This document shows, piece after piece, positions 1 to 9,628 of a stretch of 64,000 nt of DNA. The position numbers were made by a program, and so were the translations under genes. How positions within the stretch are numbered: position 1 is the first letter of the stretch; every line of letters starts with the position of its first letter. The notes beneath the pieces were generated by a model that saw only the letters and a program-made list of their open reading frames with translations, was not told the DNA's origin and did no database searches. This DNA is from Acidimicrobiales bacterium (GTDB lineage: Bacteria > Actinomycetota > Acidimicrobiia > Acidimicrobiales > Ilumatobacteraceae): contig JAUREG010000006.1 in assembly GCA_030827545.1 (NCBI GenBank), positions 87-64,086 on the forward strand. Direction: 5' to 3'.

Positions 1-1709
1 AACATGTGCTCAGTGCGGCACAAACCAATGCCCTCTGCGCCATATTCGCGCGCCTTCGAAGCATCTTCGGCTGTGTCGGCATTCGCGCGCACAGCAAGCT
101 TGCCTTTGCGAATCTCGTCGGCCCATTTCAAAATAGTTTGAAACTCTTTTGTCGGCTCGGCCGCAGTCAGTTGCATTGCGCCCAACATAACTTCACCGGT
201 TGTACCGTCGAGTGAAATCACATCGCCTTCACGAACAACTACGTCACCAGCGCGAAACATCTTGCCGTCAATCTGCACAGCATCCGCACCAACAACTGCA
301 GGTGTTCCCCAACCACGTGCAACAACTGCTGCGTGGCTCACAAGTCCACCGCGCGAAGTCAAAATACCTTTCGCAACCATCATGCCGTGCACGTCTTCTG
401 GGCTGGTCTCGCTGCGCACCAAAATAACTGCCTCACCACTCTTGGCGGCGGCCTCAGCATCATCTGCAGTGAAATAAACTTTGCCCACCGCAGCGCCTGG
501 CGATGCCGCCAAACCCTTGGCAACAGCCTTTGTCTTATTAATAAATTGCGGATGCAAAACCTGATCTAAATGTTCTGCATTCACTCGCATCAGCGCTTCT
601 TTTTTGCTGATCTTCCATGACTGCTTGCCTTTTCCCGTTCCGGCGGTCATATCAACAGCCATCTTCAGCGCTGCGGCACCAGTGCGCTTGCCCACGCGAG
701 TCTGCAACATCCACAACTTGCCTTGATCGATTGTGAACTCGGTGTCGCACATGTCGTGATAGTGACGCTCTAGTCGATCAAAGATCGCCAACAACTCTTT
801 GTGCACACTCGGAAACTGGCGCTTCAGTGCATCAAGATCTTCAGTATTACGAATGCCTGCCACAACATCTTCGCCCTGCGCATTGATTAAATAGTCGCCA
901 TAAGGTTTGTTTTCGCCAGTTGCCGCATTGCGCGTGAAACCAACGCCCGTACCAGAGTTGTTGTCACGATTACCGAACACCATCGCTTGCACGTTGACTG
1001 CAGTGCCGAGGTCGTGGCTAATCTTTTCGCGCACGCGATAAGCAATCGCTCGGGCGCCATTCCATGAACGAAACACCGCTTCAACAGCACCGCGCAACTG
1101 CTTAACGGGCTCTTGCGGAAACTCTTTACCTGTTTCGGCCTTAACTACTGACTTAAACGTCTCACAAAGTGCTTTCAACGAACTTGCTGACAATGCTGCA
1201 TCGCTCGTTACGCCAGCAGATTTTTTAGCGTCTTCAAACGGATGCTCAAATTTCGCACCGTCAATGCCCAAAACAATTCGCCCGTACATCGCAATGAATC
1301 GGCGATAACTGTCGTATGCAAATCGATCGTCATTGGTCGACTTGGCCAAACCCTGAACGCTGCGATCGTTAAGGCCCAAATTCAGAACCGTGTCCATCAT
1401 GCCCGGCATCGAGAACTTCGCGCCCGATCGCACCGACACCAACAACGGGTTCATCGGGTCGCCAAGCTTGGCCCCCATTTTCTTTTCAAGTTGCGCAACA
1501 TGTGTCGCCAACTCTTTGTCGAGAGTTTTCGGCCAGCCGCCCTTCATATAGGCGCGACACGCATCTGTTGTCACCGTAAAACCGTGTGGCACTGGCAACT
1601 TCAGCACGCTCATCATTTCGGCGAGGTTCGCACCCTTTCCGCCGAGCAAATCTTTCATGCTCATTGGTGCGCGACGGTGTTTGTGATCGAATGCGAAGAT
1701 AAAAGGCAT
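1..1709 (-). CDS. ppdK: pyruvate, phosphate dikinase, N-terminal ~569 codons (3' end lies beyond window start)
   Basis: Absent from the ORF track because there is no stop in the window. Hand translation of the reverse strand from ATG at 1709..1707 gives MPFIFAFDHKHRRAPMSMKDLLGGKGANLAEMMSVLKLPVPHGFTVTTDACRAY. The phospho-His motif GGLVSHAAVVARGWGTPAVVG is encoded around 300-370. Confidence 0.9.
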   Translation of the reverse strand, partial: MPFIFAFDHKHRRAPMSMKDLLGGKGANLAEMMSVLKLPVPHGFTVTTDACRAYMKGGWPKTLDKELATHVAQLEKKMGAKLGDPMNPLLVSVRSGAKFSMPGMMDTVLNLGLNDRSVQGLAKSTNDDRFAYDSYRRFIAMYGRIVLGIDGAKFEHPFEDAKKSAGVTSDAALSASSLKALCETFKSVVKAETGKEFPQEPVKQLRGAVEAVFRSWNGARAIAYRVREKISHDLGTAVNVQAMVFGNRDNNSGTGVGFTRNAATGENKPYGDYLINAQGEDVVAGIRNTEDLDALKRQFPSVHKELLAIFDRLERHYHDMCDTEFTIDQGKLWMLQTRVGKRTGAAALKMAVDMTAGTGKGKQSWKISKKEALMRVNAEHLDQVLHPQFINKTKAVAKGLAASPGAAVGKVYFTADDAEAAAKSGEAVILVRSETSPEDVHGMMVAKGILTSRGGLVSHAAVVARGWGTPAVVGADAVQIDGKMFRAGDVVVREGDVISLDGTTGEVMLGAMQLTAAEPTKEFQTILKWADEIRKGKLAVRANADTAEDASKAREYGAEGIGLCRTEHM

Positions 1710-1717
1710 ACTGCAGT

Positions 1718-2500
1718 TTACGCGCCAATCTCGATTGAACGGCTGTCTGCCGACCGTTTGATCAAAGCCAATGCAAATTCTTGGCAAACACTCGTATACA
1801 TACCAATCTCTTCGCCGTTGAGCACAACTGGTGCACCGGCACTTGCGCCTGCTTCAGCACGAATCAAACGCAATTGTCGCGGGGCGGTCGCACCACGTGA
1901 GTCCATTCGCTCAACCAACTCTTGCCCCGGATAGCAACCTTTCGTAAAACTCACCGCGCAGTCGGTCAATCCAGTTTCTGCGGGCATCGAGTTCGTCGTC
2001 ATATCAACACCCATCGTCGGCCACTTCGCCATCACGCGCGCCAGTTCTAATTCTTCTGTCGAGCCAAGACGCAAATCGCCTGCGACAAATTCGCTTGCCA
2101 CAAAATCAACTGCGCAGTCGTTCTCTCGCCACGCTGACAATGCAGAACTTCGCGCCAAATATTCAGCATAATTATTTGCGGATAAACCTCTCACCGCCAC
2201 GAACCTTTGCGCACCACTTGAGATCTCACATTTGATGCGAATCTTGAACCGAGACAACCGAGTCGCCGAGACTTCACCAAAACCTGCATCGCAATCTAAA
2301 ACAAAATCGTCATCAGATTTGCAATGCACACGCACCAACGAAGTGATTTTGCCCGTCGGCTCAAGCAGCAGGCTGTATTGCGACTTGCCAACTTTTAACG
2401 ACGCAACATCGTTCGCCAATTGCGAATGCAAAAACTTTCGCGCGTCGATGCCTCGCACATTCAGCACATCGCGATCGTGTTCGACGTAAAAACCGGTCAT
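1718..2500 (-). CDS. ygfZ: folate-binding YgfZ/GcvT-family protein
   Basis: 260 aa with the C-terminal signature FTKGCYPGQELVERMDSRG (KGCYxGQE). Its ATG overlaps the trpE stop (ATGA at 2497-2500). Confidence 0.8.
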   Translation of the reverse strand: MTGFYVEHDRDVLNVRGIDARKFLHSQLANDVASLKVGKSQYSLLLEPTGKITSLVRVHCKSDDDFVLDCDAGFGEVSATRLSRFKIRIKCEISSGAQRFVAVRGLSANNYAEYLARSSALSAWRENDCAVDFVASEFVAGDLRLGSTEELELARVMAKWPTMGVDMTTNSMPAETGLTDCAVSFTKGCYPGQELVERMDSRGATAPRQLRLIRAEAGASAGAPVVLNGEEIGMYTSVCQEFALALIKRSADSRSIEIGA

Positions 2501-3999
2501 TTTTTACGAGCCTTCGTCATTCGCCGCGCCGCCGGAATCGCCGCAATTAGAGCCGCCGCTTTGTTTCGGCACTCAAGACTCTCTTCGCTCGCCACGCTGT
2601 CAGCGACAATGCCCGCACCCGCCTGCAGCGTCGCGCCATGATCACCGACAAACATCGTGCGAATCGCAATCGCCGTATCGAGGTTGCCTGAAAAATCAAC
2701 ATAGCCAACAACGCCCGCATAAGGCCCACGTTTTGTTGGTTCGAGCGCGTCAATAATTTGCATCGCTCGCACCTTCGGCGCACCACTAACAGTGCCCGCG
2801 GGCAAAGTCGCACGCAATACATCAACTGGCCCGAGACCAGAACGCAAAGTTCCGGAGACCTGCGAAGTCAAATGCATCACATGGCTATATCGCTCTAGGG
2901 TCATGAATTCATCAACATTCATCGTGCCAAATTCAGCGACACGACCAACATCATTGCGCGCCAAGTCAACGAGCATCACATGCTCAGCACGTTCTTTGGG
3001 ATTCTCTTTCAATTCGCCCGCCAACTTACGATCTTGCTCGTCATCTACTCCGCGTTTGCGAGTGCCAGCAATCGGTCTACTCACAACGCGACCGTTGCGC
3101 AACTGCACCATCGGTTCAGGAGACGAGCCCACGATCGTCACATCATCATGTTTCACGTAATACATGTACGGGCTCGGATTAATCTGTCGCAACACTCGAT
3201 ACACATCGAACGCATCAGCCTCAAGTTGCACATCAAAACGCTGCGACAAGACAACCTGAAAAATATCCCCCGCACGAATGTGGTCTTTTGCAACTTCAAC
3301 AGCACGCTCATACATGCCACCTGGCATCGACGATTCAACTTTCAGCGTGTCGTCACGCAGCGGCGGCTCAACCGGCGTGTGCTCAACGGGTCGCGACAAA
3401 TCTTCGACACCTTTATATACGCGGATAATCGCTGCGTCATACGCCGCGTCTCGCGCCGCAGCATCAAGGCCCGCCACTGGCACGCTTTCAATCATGTAAC
3501 AACGCTGACGCCAGTGATCAAAGGCTGCAAGCGAACCGATCATGCTCATCACCGCATCTGGCATATTGCGGTCTTCATGCGGCACATTCGGCAAGTTCTC
3601 GATTTCGCGCACAACGTCGTAGCCAAGAAAACCCATCAAGCCACCCTGCAATGGCGGCAAGTCTGGGTGCAATGGCGCGCGATAAGTCGCAAGCAACGAC
3701 TCAATGGCGGCCAAGATTCCTTTGTCGCGTGGCATCGTGCTTGGCACCGTGCCAGTTGTTGTTATCTTTCCGTCGCGCAATACCAGCGTCGCCACCGGGT
3801 CACGCCCAACAAACGAAAATCTGCTCCACCGCTCACCATGCTCAACTGACTCGAGCAAAAAACCTGGCGCATCGCCAACAAGTTTGATGTATGCCGAAAC
3901 CGGCGTTTCAACATCGGCCAAAACTTCAGCCCACACAGGTATCACTGTGTTGTCGTTGGCCAATGCATGAAACTCTTGCCGAGTCGGCGAAATTTTCAT
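2497..3999 (-). CDS. trpE: anthranilate synthase component I
   Basis: Motifs LLESVEHGERWSRFSF, IAGTRKRG, ERAEHVMLVDLARND, GAPKVRAMQIIDALE, RGPYAGVVGY. The track ORF starts at 4032, but M12 (MKISPTRQEF, 3999) avoids overlap with hisH. Confidence 0.92.
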   Translation of the reverse strand: MKISPTRQEFHALANDNTVIPVWAEVLADVETPVSAYIKLVGDAPGFLLESVEHGERWSRFSFVGRDPVATLVLRDGKITTTGTVPSTMPRDKGILAAIESLLATYRAPLHPDLPPLQGGLMGFLGYDVVREIENLPNVPHEDRNMPDAVMSMIGSLAAFDHWRQRCYMIESVPVAGLDAAARDAAYDAAIIRVYKGVEDLSRPVEHTPVEPPLRDDTLKVESSMPGGMYERAVEVAKDHIRAGDIFQVVLSQRFDVQLEADAFDVYRVLRQINPSPYMYYVKHDDVTIVGSSPEPMVQLRNGRVVSRPIAGTRKRGVDDEQDRKLAGELKENPKERAEHVMLVDLARNDVGRVAEFGTMNVDEFMTLERYSHVMHLTSQVSGTLRSGLGPVDVLRATLPAGTVSGAPKVRAMQIIDALEPTKRGPYAGVVGYVDFSGNLDTAIAIRTMFVGDHGATLQAGAGIVADSVASEESLECRNKAAALIAAIPAARRMTKARKK

Positions 4000-4004
4000 T
4001 GAAA

Positions 4005-4736
4005 CTATTTTGCAGTCACAGCGACAGCACAACTGTCGACGAAGTTCTCCAAAATTCGCAATCCTTCAGTTGCCGACTTTTCAGGATGAAACTGCGTCGC
4101 AAAAACATTACGCACGCGAAGCGCCGCCAGCAATTCACTTCCATAACTGCACGTTGCTGCGACAACAGACTGGTCTTTGGCAACTGCCGACAATGAGTGC
4201 ACGAAATACATCCACGGATTCTCGCTCAGACCAGCGAATAATTCATCCTGATTTTTAATGATCAGTCGATTCCATTGCATTTGGGGGCGCTGCACGCCTT
4301 CAGGTAGCCACTTAATCTCGCCGGCAACTACACCAAGACCATCAACCCCGGGGCTCTCTTCACTGCTGTCAAACAACATCTGCATGCCAACACAAATTCC
4401 GAGGAACGGTCGACCCGAATCAATCGCATCATGCACGCTGTCTTCTAGATCGGCTTCACGAAGGGCCGTCATACATGCACCGAAATTTCCAACGCCTGGC
4501 AGAACAACTGCTTGGGCGTCAGCAATTAACTTTTTATCGTTTGTCAATTGCGCATCGGCGCCAACAAACTGCAAACCTTTTTGCGCTGAGCGCAAGTTTC
4601 CGATGCCATAGTCGAGCACCGCAATCAACGGTTTAGTTTTATCTTTGCTCGCCGTGTTTAATGATGACACTCGTCTATTCTGCCTGAAATTTTGTGTGCT
4701 CAGCGACTTCGCAGGTATTGATTGCGCGGCGCTCAA
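4005..4736 (-). CDS. hisH: imidazole glycerol phosphate synthase, glutamine amidotransferase subunit HisH
   Basis: IAVLDYGIGNLRS, LPGVGNFG, GICVGMQML, TQFHPEKS. The N-terminal ~25 aa look like an over-extension; a GTG at 4670 (VSSLNTASKDKTKPLIAVLDYG) is an alternative start. Confidence 0.9.
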   Translation of the reverse strand: MSAAQSIPAKSLSTQNFRQNRRVSSLNTASKDKTKPLIAVLDYGIGNLRSAQKGLQFVGADAQLTNDKKLIADAQAVVLPGVGNFGACMTALREADLEDSVHDAIDSGRPFLGICVGMQMLFDSSEESPGVDGLGVVAGEIKWLPEGVQRPQMQWNRLIIKNQDELFAGLSENPWMYFVHSLSAVAKDQSVVAATCSYGSELLAALRVRNVFATQFHPEKSATEGLRILENFVDSCAVAVTAK

Positions 4737-4765
4737 CGTTCTCGCGCCGAGCTAGCCCACGACGC

Positions 4766-4996
4766 TCAGCGACTTCGCGCTGCGCGTTGCAACAACCTCA
4801 CCGCGTTAATCAAGCCACGCTCGGCTTCGTAGATCGCCATCAGCAAACCATCATCGTTCTCCGGCTTCTTTGGGTCATAAGTCGCGAGTCGTTGCGATTC
4901 GGCCAACGCAACTATTCGCTCTCGGCATCGCTCAACATTTTCTGCCAACGCAGCCAACTCAGCCAGCGCACTTGCTCGATTCGGTGACTCGCTCAC
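4766..4996 (-). CDS. hypothetical small helical protein (76 aa)
   Basis: The GTG start overlaps the nth stop (GTGA at 4993-4996), suggesting translational coupling. It fills the nth-hisH gap. I recognise no family. Confidence 0.45.
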   Translation of the reverse strand: MSESPNRASALAELAALAENVERCRERIVALAESQRLATYDPKKPENDDGLLMAIYEAERGLINAVRLLQRAARSR

Positions 4997-5718
4997 TTCT
5001 TTCTCGCTTTCGTTTTCTTTGCTGGCTTCTTCGCTCTCGCGCTCGCCCGTTTCTTTGCCGGCTTCTTCGTCGGCAACATCGAACTCGGGCAGAGCGACTC
5101 AAGCAAACACTCTTCGCATCGCGGTGTTCGCGCGTCGCAAACTCGACGACCGTGCAAAATCAATCGCAAACTAAATTCGCCCCACTCTGGCGGCGGCAAC
5201 ATCGCATTAAGTTCATATTCAACTTTCACTGGGTCTTCTAGTTTTGTGAGCCCGAGTCGTCGCGACAATCGACCAACATGGGTATCGACTGGCAAACCCG
5301 GCAAACCAAATACAACGCTGCGCAAAACATTGGCTGTCTTACGACCCACGCCCGGCAACGTCACTAGATCTTCAATCTCGCGCGGCACTTCTCCGCCAAA
5401 TCGTGACATCACCTGACTCGCCATGCCAATCAAATTTTTTGCCTTCGTCTGATAGAAACCAGTCGAACGCACCAACTGCTCAACATGCGCCACGTCAGCA
5501 ACGGCCAGTTTTTCGGGTGTTGGATACGCGTCAAAAAGCGCTGGCGTCACCATATTCACGCGAGCGTCAGTGCATTGAGCCGAAAGAATCGTCGCGGCCA
5601 ACAACTGAAACGCCGACTCATGGGTCAACTCGCAAATCGCCACAGGATACTCACGCTTCAACAATCGCAATACGTCGGTCGCGCGCTTTGCAACTTCAAT
5701 TTTCTTTGCACTCATCAA
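4993..5718 (-). CDS. nth: endonuclease III with Lys/Ala/Pro-rich C-terminal tail
   Basis: HhH motif LPGVGRKTANV. 4Fe-4S ligands C-X6-C-X2-C-X5-C (CDARTPRCEECLLESLC). Tail is KKPAKKRASARAKKPAKKTKARKK. Confidence 0.92.
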   Translation of the reverse strand: MMSAKKIEVAKRATDVLRLLKREYPVAICELTHESAFQLLAATILSAQCTDARVNMVTPALFDAYPTPEKLAVADVAHVEQLVRSTGFYQTKAKNLIGMASQVMSRFGGEVPREIEDLVTLPGVGRKTANVLRSVVFGLPGLPVDTHVGRLSRRLGLTKLEDPVKVEYELNAMLPPPEWGEFSLRLILHGRRVCDARTPRCEECLLESLCPSSMLPTKKPAKKRASARAKKPAKKTKARKK

Positions 5719-5770
5719 GACGCAACACTACACAGCACTGCATCTCGACCTAGATAGATAGCCTGAAGAC

Positions 5771-6718
5771 ATGGTCGAGTTTGAAATCAAGCGAAACATG
5801 ACCCCGCAAAACATTGCCGAAATCACGCAACTGCTTGATGCTGTCGAAAAAGCCGACAACCGAAAACCACTCAACGACCATTTATGGATCGACTTGCGCC
5901 AAGGCGGTCGTCCCGGTTTCGCAGGCTTAACTGCTCGCCACCATCGCACGGGCCAACCAATCGCATACTGCCAAATCTCTAGAGGCAACGAATCGTGGGC
6001 TATCGACTTAGTCGTCGATCCTCAACATCGAAATCAAACACTTGACCTCGGCAACGCACTTTTTTCAGAAGCCTCAAAAATTATTTCAGGTGAAGGCGGA
6101 GGTCAAGTTCATTGGTGGGTATGTGGTGCAACATCAGAACACATTGACCTCGCCAAACAAATCGACTTGCACAGCGGTCGCACATTGCTGCAGATGCGGG
6201 TTCAACTTCCTCTTTCACAACAAACGATCATGGCAACCAAGCAAGTCGAGACACAAAGTTTTCGGGTTGGCATCGACGAAGATGCTTGGCTCAACGTCAA
6301 CAATCGTGCGTTCAGCAGTCACCCTGAACAAGGCAGTTGGACAAAACAACTGTTGCAGTCGCGACAATCCGAAAAATGGTTCGACCCGAGCGGCTTCTTA
6401 CTTTATTTTTTGAGCGACATCAGCAAACCAACGCTCGCCGCATTCTGTTGGACAAAAATCGACCGCGATCTTGACCCAAAAATCGGCGAGATTTATGTCA
6501 TCGCCGTTGACCCACAATTTCATGGCCAAGGTCTTGGTCGATCGCTTACTGTCGCGGGTCTCAACTATCTAGCAAACGCAGGCGCAACAACCGGCATGCT
6601 GTTCGTCGACAAAGACAACACAGCCGCAATCGCAACATACGAAAAACTCGGCTTCACCGTCCACCATCAAGAACAGGCATTTATCGGTGAGATCGCTTCT
6701 ACCGCGAAACAAACCTGA
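5771..6718 (+). CDS. mshD: mycothiol synthase (tandem GNAT)
   Basis: 315 aa. It matches remembered M. tuberculosis MshD blocks: NNRAFSSHPEQGSWT, WFDPSGF, CWTKI..GEIYVIAVDPQFHGQGLG, LFVDKDNTAAIATYEKLGFT. Confidence 0.85.
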   Translation: MVEFEIKRNMTPQNIAEITQLLDAVEKADNRKPLNDHLWIDLRQGGRPGFAGLTARHHRTGQPIAYCQISRGNESWAIDLVVDPQHRNQTLDLGNALFSEASKIISGEGGGQVHWWVCGATSEHIDLAKQIDLHSGRTLLQMRVQLPLSQQTIMATKQVETQSFRVGIDEDAWLNVNNRAFSSHPEQGSWTKQLLQSRQSEKWFDPSGFLLYFLSDISKPTLAAFCWTKIDRDLDPKIGEIYVIAVDPQFHGQGLGRSLTVAGLNYLANAGATTGMLFVDKDNTAAIATYEKLGFTVHHQEQAFIGEIASTAKQT

Positions 6719-6747
6719 CAGATACCCCAACCCATACACTTAACCCC

Positions 6748-8553
6748 ATGACAGACACACTTTTACCGCGCTGGTCGGTTGCCGACGTTCACGAGTCATT
6801 TACAGCTCGATCATTCACTGACGCCATGGAGCGCACTGGCGCCAATGTGGCCCGACTCGAGGCTCAATTTGAAGAGCACAACATCCGTGCCGGCACACCA
6901 CACAAGCCTTCATCACAAGAAGGCGAAATCGCCAACCAAATAATCAATTCGATGAACGAGACGATCAAAGAATCCGAAATTCTTGGCTCTTATGTTTACG
7001 CAACTGTCAGCACGAACACACGCGAAGAGACCGCTCAAGGCTTGCTCAGCGAACTCGAAGTCATTGACTCTCGCCTTTCGCCACTGCTCGCTCGCCTCGC
7101 CGACTGGGTCGCCACACTTGGCGCCGATGACCTTGCCAAAGTGAGCGAAGTTGCCCGCGAACATCTTGGGCCACTTCAACGATTGCAAGCACGAGCAGAA
7201 CACCAAATGAGCGAAGTTGAAGAAGGTTTCTACGCTGAGCTTTCAACCACTGGCTCTTCGGCGTGGTCTCGCTTGCAGGGTGACATCACATCACAATTGT
7301 CTGTCGAAGTAGATCTTCCCGATGGCAAAAAGACTTTGCCGATCACCGCTGTTCGTGGCATGTCAACCCACTCTGACTTGCGCGTGCGCAAAGCCGCATA
7401 CGACGCCGAGATGCGTGCATGGCCAACAGTTGCCACTCCATGTGCTGCTGCGATGAACTCAATCAAAGGCGAAGCAAATGCGATCAATCGCCGCCGACAT
7501 TGGGCATCGCCACTCGACGCGTCGCTTTACGCCAACAGTGTCAGCCGCAAAACATTCGACGCAATGCAAAGTGCAGTCTCAGCATCGCTACCTGACTTTC
7601 GCCGCTGGATGAACGTTCGCGCAAAACTTCACGGCGATAAAAATGGACTGTCTTGGTGGAATCTATTCGCGCCACTCAACGTTGCCCCAAGTCAAATCTC
7701 GTGGGACCAAGGCGTTCAACTTGTGCGTGGCGCATTTGCCGCATACAGCGACAACTTGGCCGGGCTCGTCGACCGATCACTGGCTGAAAAATGGATCGAC
7801 GCCGAGCCGCGTGAAGGCAAAGTCGGCGGTGCATTTTGCATGTCATTCGTCGATGACAGATCACTCGTGCTACTTAACTGGGCTGGCAGCGTCGACTCGG
7901 CACAAACAACTGCCCACGAACTCGGTCACGCCTATCACAACACTCAGCTCGCAGATCGCACACCATTGCAAAAGCGTTTGCCGATGGCGCTCGCCGAAAC
8001 CGCAAGCATCTTCTGCGAAACTCTTGTTGTCGAAGAAGGTCTATCGCGACTTTCGGGTGACGAACGTCTTGCTTTGCTCGACACCGATCTCGGTGGCGCC
8101 AACCAAGTCGTTGTTGACATTCACAGTCGTTTCTTGTTCGAGACCGAAGTTTTCGCTCGTCGTCAGCGTCGCACACTTGGCGTCAGCGAACTCAACGAAA
8201 TGATGCTCAGCGCTCAAGCTTCGGCATATGGCAATGGCATCGATCAATCAACAGCACACCCGCACATGTGGGTGCTCAAGCCTCACTATTACGGCAGCCA
8301 TTTCTACAACTGGCCTTATACATACGGCTTGTTATTCGGGCTTGGTCTCTATGCCCAATACAGTCGCGACCCAGAACGCTTTCGAAGTGGCTACGACACG
8401 GTGCTTTCGCGCGCCGGCATGGACACCGCCGAAGAACTTGGCCAAGCGTTCAACATCGACGTCAGTGACGAAGCATTCTGGACAGCAAGCCTTGATGTTC
8501 TTCGTGCTCGCATGGTCGACTACGAGGCGCTTGCCCAAAAGCATCTCAAATAA
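6748..8553 (+). CDS. pepF: M3-family oligoendopeptidase F-like metallopeptidase
   Basis: 601 aa with zinc motif TAHELGHAYH and a downstream E ligand region (LAETASIFCE). Confidence 0.85.
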   Translation: MTDTLLPRWSVADVHESFTARSFTDAMERTGANVARLEAQFEEHNIRAGTPHKPSSQEGEIANQIINSMNETIKESEILGSYVYATVSTNTREETAQGLLSELEVIDSRLSPLLARLADWVATLGADDLAKVSEVAREHLGPLQRLQARAEHQMSEVEEGFYAELSTTGSSAWSRLQGDITSQLSVEVDLPDGKKTLPITAVRGMSTHSDLRVRKAAYDAEMRAWPTVATPCAAAMNSIKGEANAINRRRHWASPLDASLYANSVSRKTFDAMQSAVSASLPDFRRWMNVRAKLHGDKNGLSWWNLFAPLNVAPSQISWDQGVQLVRGAFAAYSDNLAGLVDRSLAEKWIDAEPREGKVGGAFCMSFVDDRSLVLLNWAGSVDSAQTTAHELGHAYHNTQLADRTPLQKRLPMALAETASIFCETLVVEEGLSRLSGDERLALLDTDLGGANQVVVDIHSRFLFETEVFARRQRRTLGVSELNEMMLSAQASAYGNGIDQSTAHPHMWVLKPHYYGSHFYNWPYTYGLLFGLGLYAQYSRDPERFRSGYDTVLSRAGMDTAEELGQAFNIDVSDEAFWTASLDVLRARMVDYEALAQKHLK

Positions 8554-8554
8554 A

Positions 8555-9628
8555 GTGAGCGCACAGACACAGTTAGTTAAGTCGCGATACGACGCCAGTC
8601 GCGAAGATATCGCATCGATTCTCGGCGACGCTCCGAAGTATCGACTCGACCAAATTTGGCAAGGTCTATATACAGAATTTCAAGCACCACTTGAAATTAC
8701 AACGATCTCGAAAGACCTACGATCAAAACTTGACGCGGCACTTCCGAGCAGTCTTGAACTTGTCACTGCACGCGACAGCGATCGCGGAGGCACGACAAAG
8801 TTTCTTTGGCAACTAAAAAACGGCGGTTACAAAATCGAGTCGGTATTAATGCACTATCAAGATCGCGCCACAGTCTGCGTCAGCACTCAAGCAGGTTGCG
8901 CCATGGCCTGTGGTTTTTGCGCAACGGGTCAAGCCGGCTTCAATCGTCAGCTAACTGCGGGCGAAATCGTCGAACAAGTCGTGCACGCCGCACGAACGAG
9001 TGCCGCACGAAATCAGCGTCTTGCAAATGTCGTCTTCATGGGCATGGGCGAACCATTGGCAAACGAAGAAGCAGTGTGGCAATCAGTAACACGAATTCAT
9101 GAGGCCATCGGCATCTCAGCAAGACACTTAACTATTTCAACTGTCGGCATCATTCCTGGCATTAACACTCTCGCTGATCGACCATTGCCTGTGAACTTGG
9201 CGGTTTCACTTCACGCTGCGCGCAACGACTTGCGCAACTCACTCGTGCCGATCAACAAGCGATACCCGATCGAAGATCTGATGCAAGCGTGCAGAAAATA
9301 TCTGCAGAAGAAAAACCGTCGTGTTACTTTTGAATGGGCTCTAATTAAGGATGTTAACGACACGCCGCGAGACGCCCGCGAACTGGCAAAACTTTGCAAA
9401 AGTTTGAAACCGAGCGCACACGTCAACTTGATTCCACTTAATCCGACACCTGGTTATCTAACAAAAGGCAGTGCGCCCGACGAAGTGCGTGAATTCGCAG
9501 ATCAATTAATTGACCTTGGTGTGAATGCGACTGTGCGACGCAACCGTGGCACCGACATCGACGCCGCCTGCGGTCAACTTGCCGCGGGTCAGCCTGTAGC
9601 GATTACTTCGCGCTCAATTGTTGGATAA
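8555..9628 (+). CDS. rlmN: 23S rRNA/tRNA adenine-C2 methyltransferase RlmN (radical SAM)
   Basis: CAMACGFCATG CxxxCxxC motif, YRLDQIWQGLY N-terminus, and MGMGEPLAN. The track ORF (8228) is an in-frame upstream extension over pepF. GTG at 8555, 1 nt after the pepF stop, gives a 357-aa protein. Confidence 0.9.
   Translation: MSAQTQLVKSRYDASREDIASILGDAPKYRLDQIWQGLYTEFQAPLEITTISKDLRSKLDAALPSSLELVTARDSDRGGTTKFLWQLKNGGYKIESVLMHYQDRATVCVSTQAGCAMACGFCATGQAGFNRQLTAGEIVEQVVHAARTSAARNQRLANVVFMGMGEPLANEEAVWQSVTRIHEAIGISARHLTISTVGIIPGINTLADRPLPVNLAVSLHAARNDLRNSLVPINKRYPIEDLMQACRKYLQKKNRRVTFEWALIKDVNDTPRDARELAKLCKSLKPSAHVNLIPLNPTPGYLTKGSAPDEVREFADQLIDLGVNATVRRNRGTDIDAACGQLAAGQPVAITSRSIVG

Noticed and set aside
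2980-3849. Long ORFs antisense to well-supported genes: 2980-3849, 11123-11788, 27145-27960, 50735-51454, 57940-58632, 59385-60017, 61092-61925 and 1242-1934.
   Set aside because: Their translations are low-complexity, rich in R/H/C/S, with no recognisable motifs. Each is fully shadowed by a strongly supported gene on the other strand, which is typical of shadow ORFs in mid/high-GC coding DNA.
4005-4736. Idea that the amidotransferase next to trpE is really TrpG/PabA.
   Set aside because: The sequence carries HisH-specific blocks (DYGIGN, GVGNFG, GICVGMQ, FHPEKS) rather than TrpG motifs.
8228-8554. Track ORF starting at 8228 would give RlmN a 109-aa N-terminal extension overlapping pepF.
   Set aside because: The extension has no RlmN-like sequence and lies inside pepF in another frame. 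GTG at 8555 gives a normal-length RlmN.
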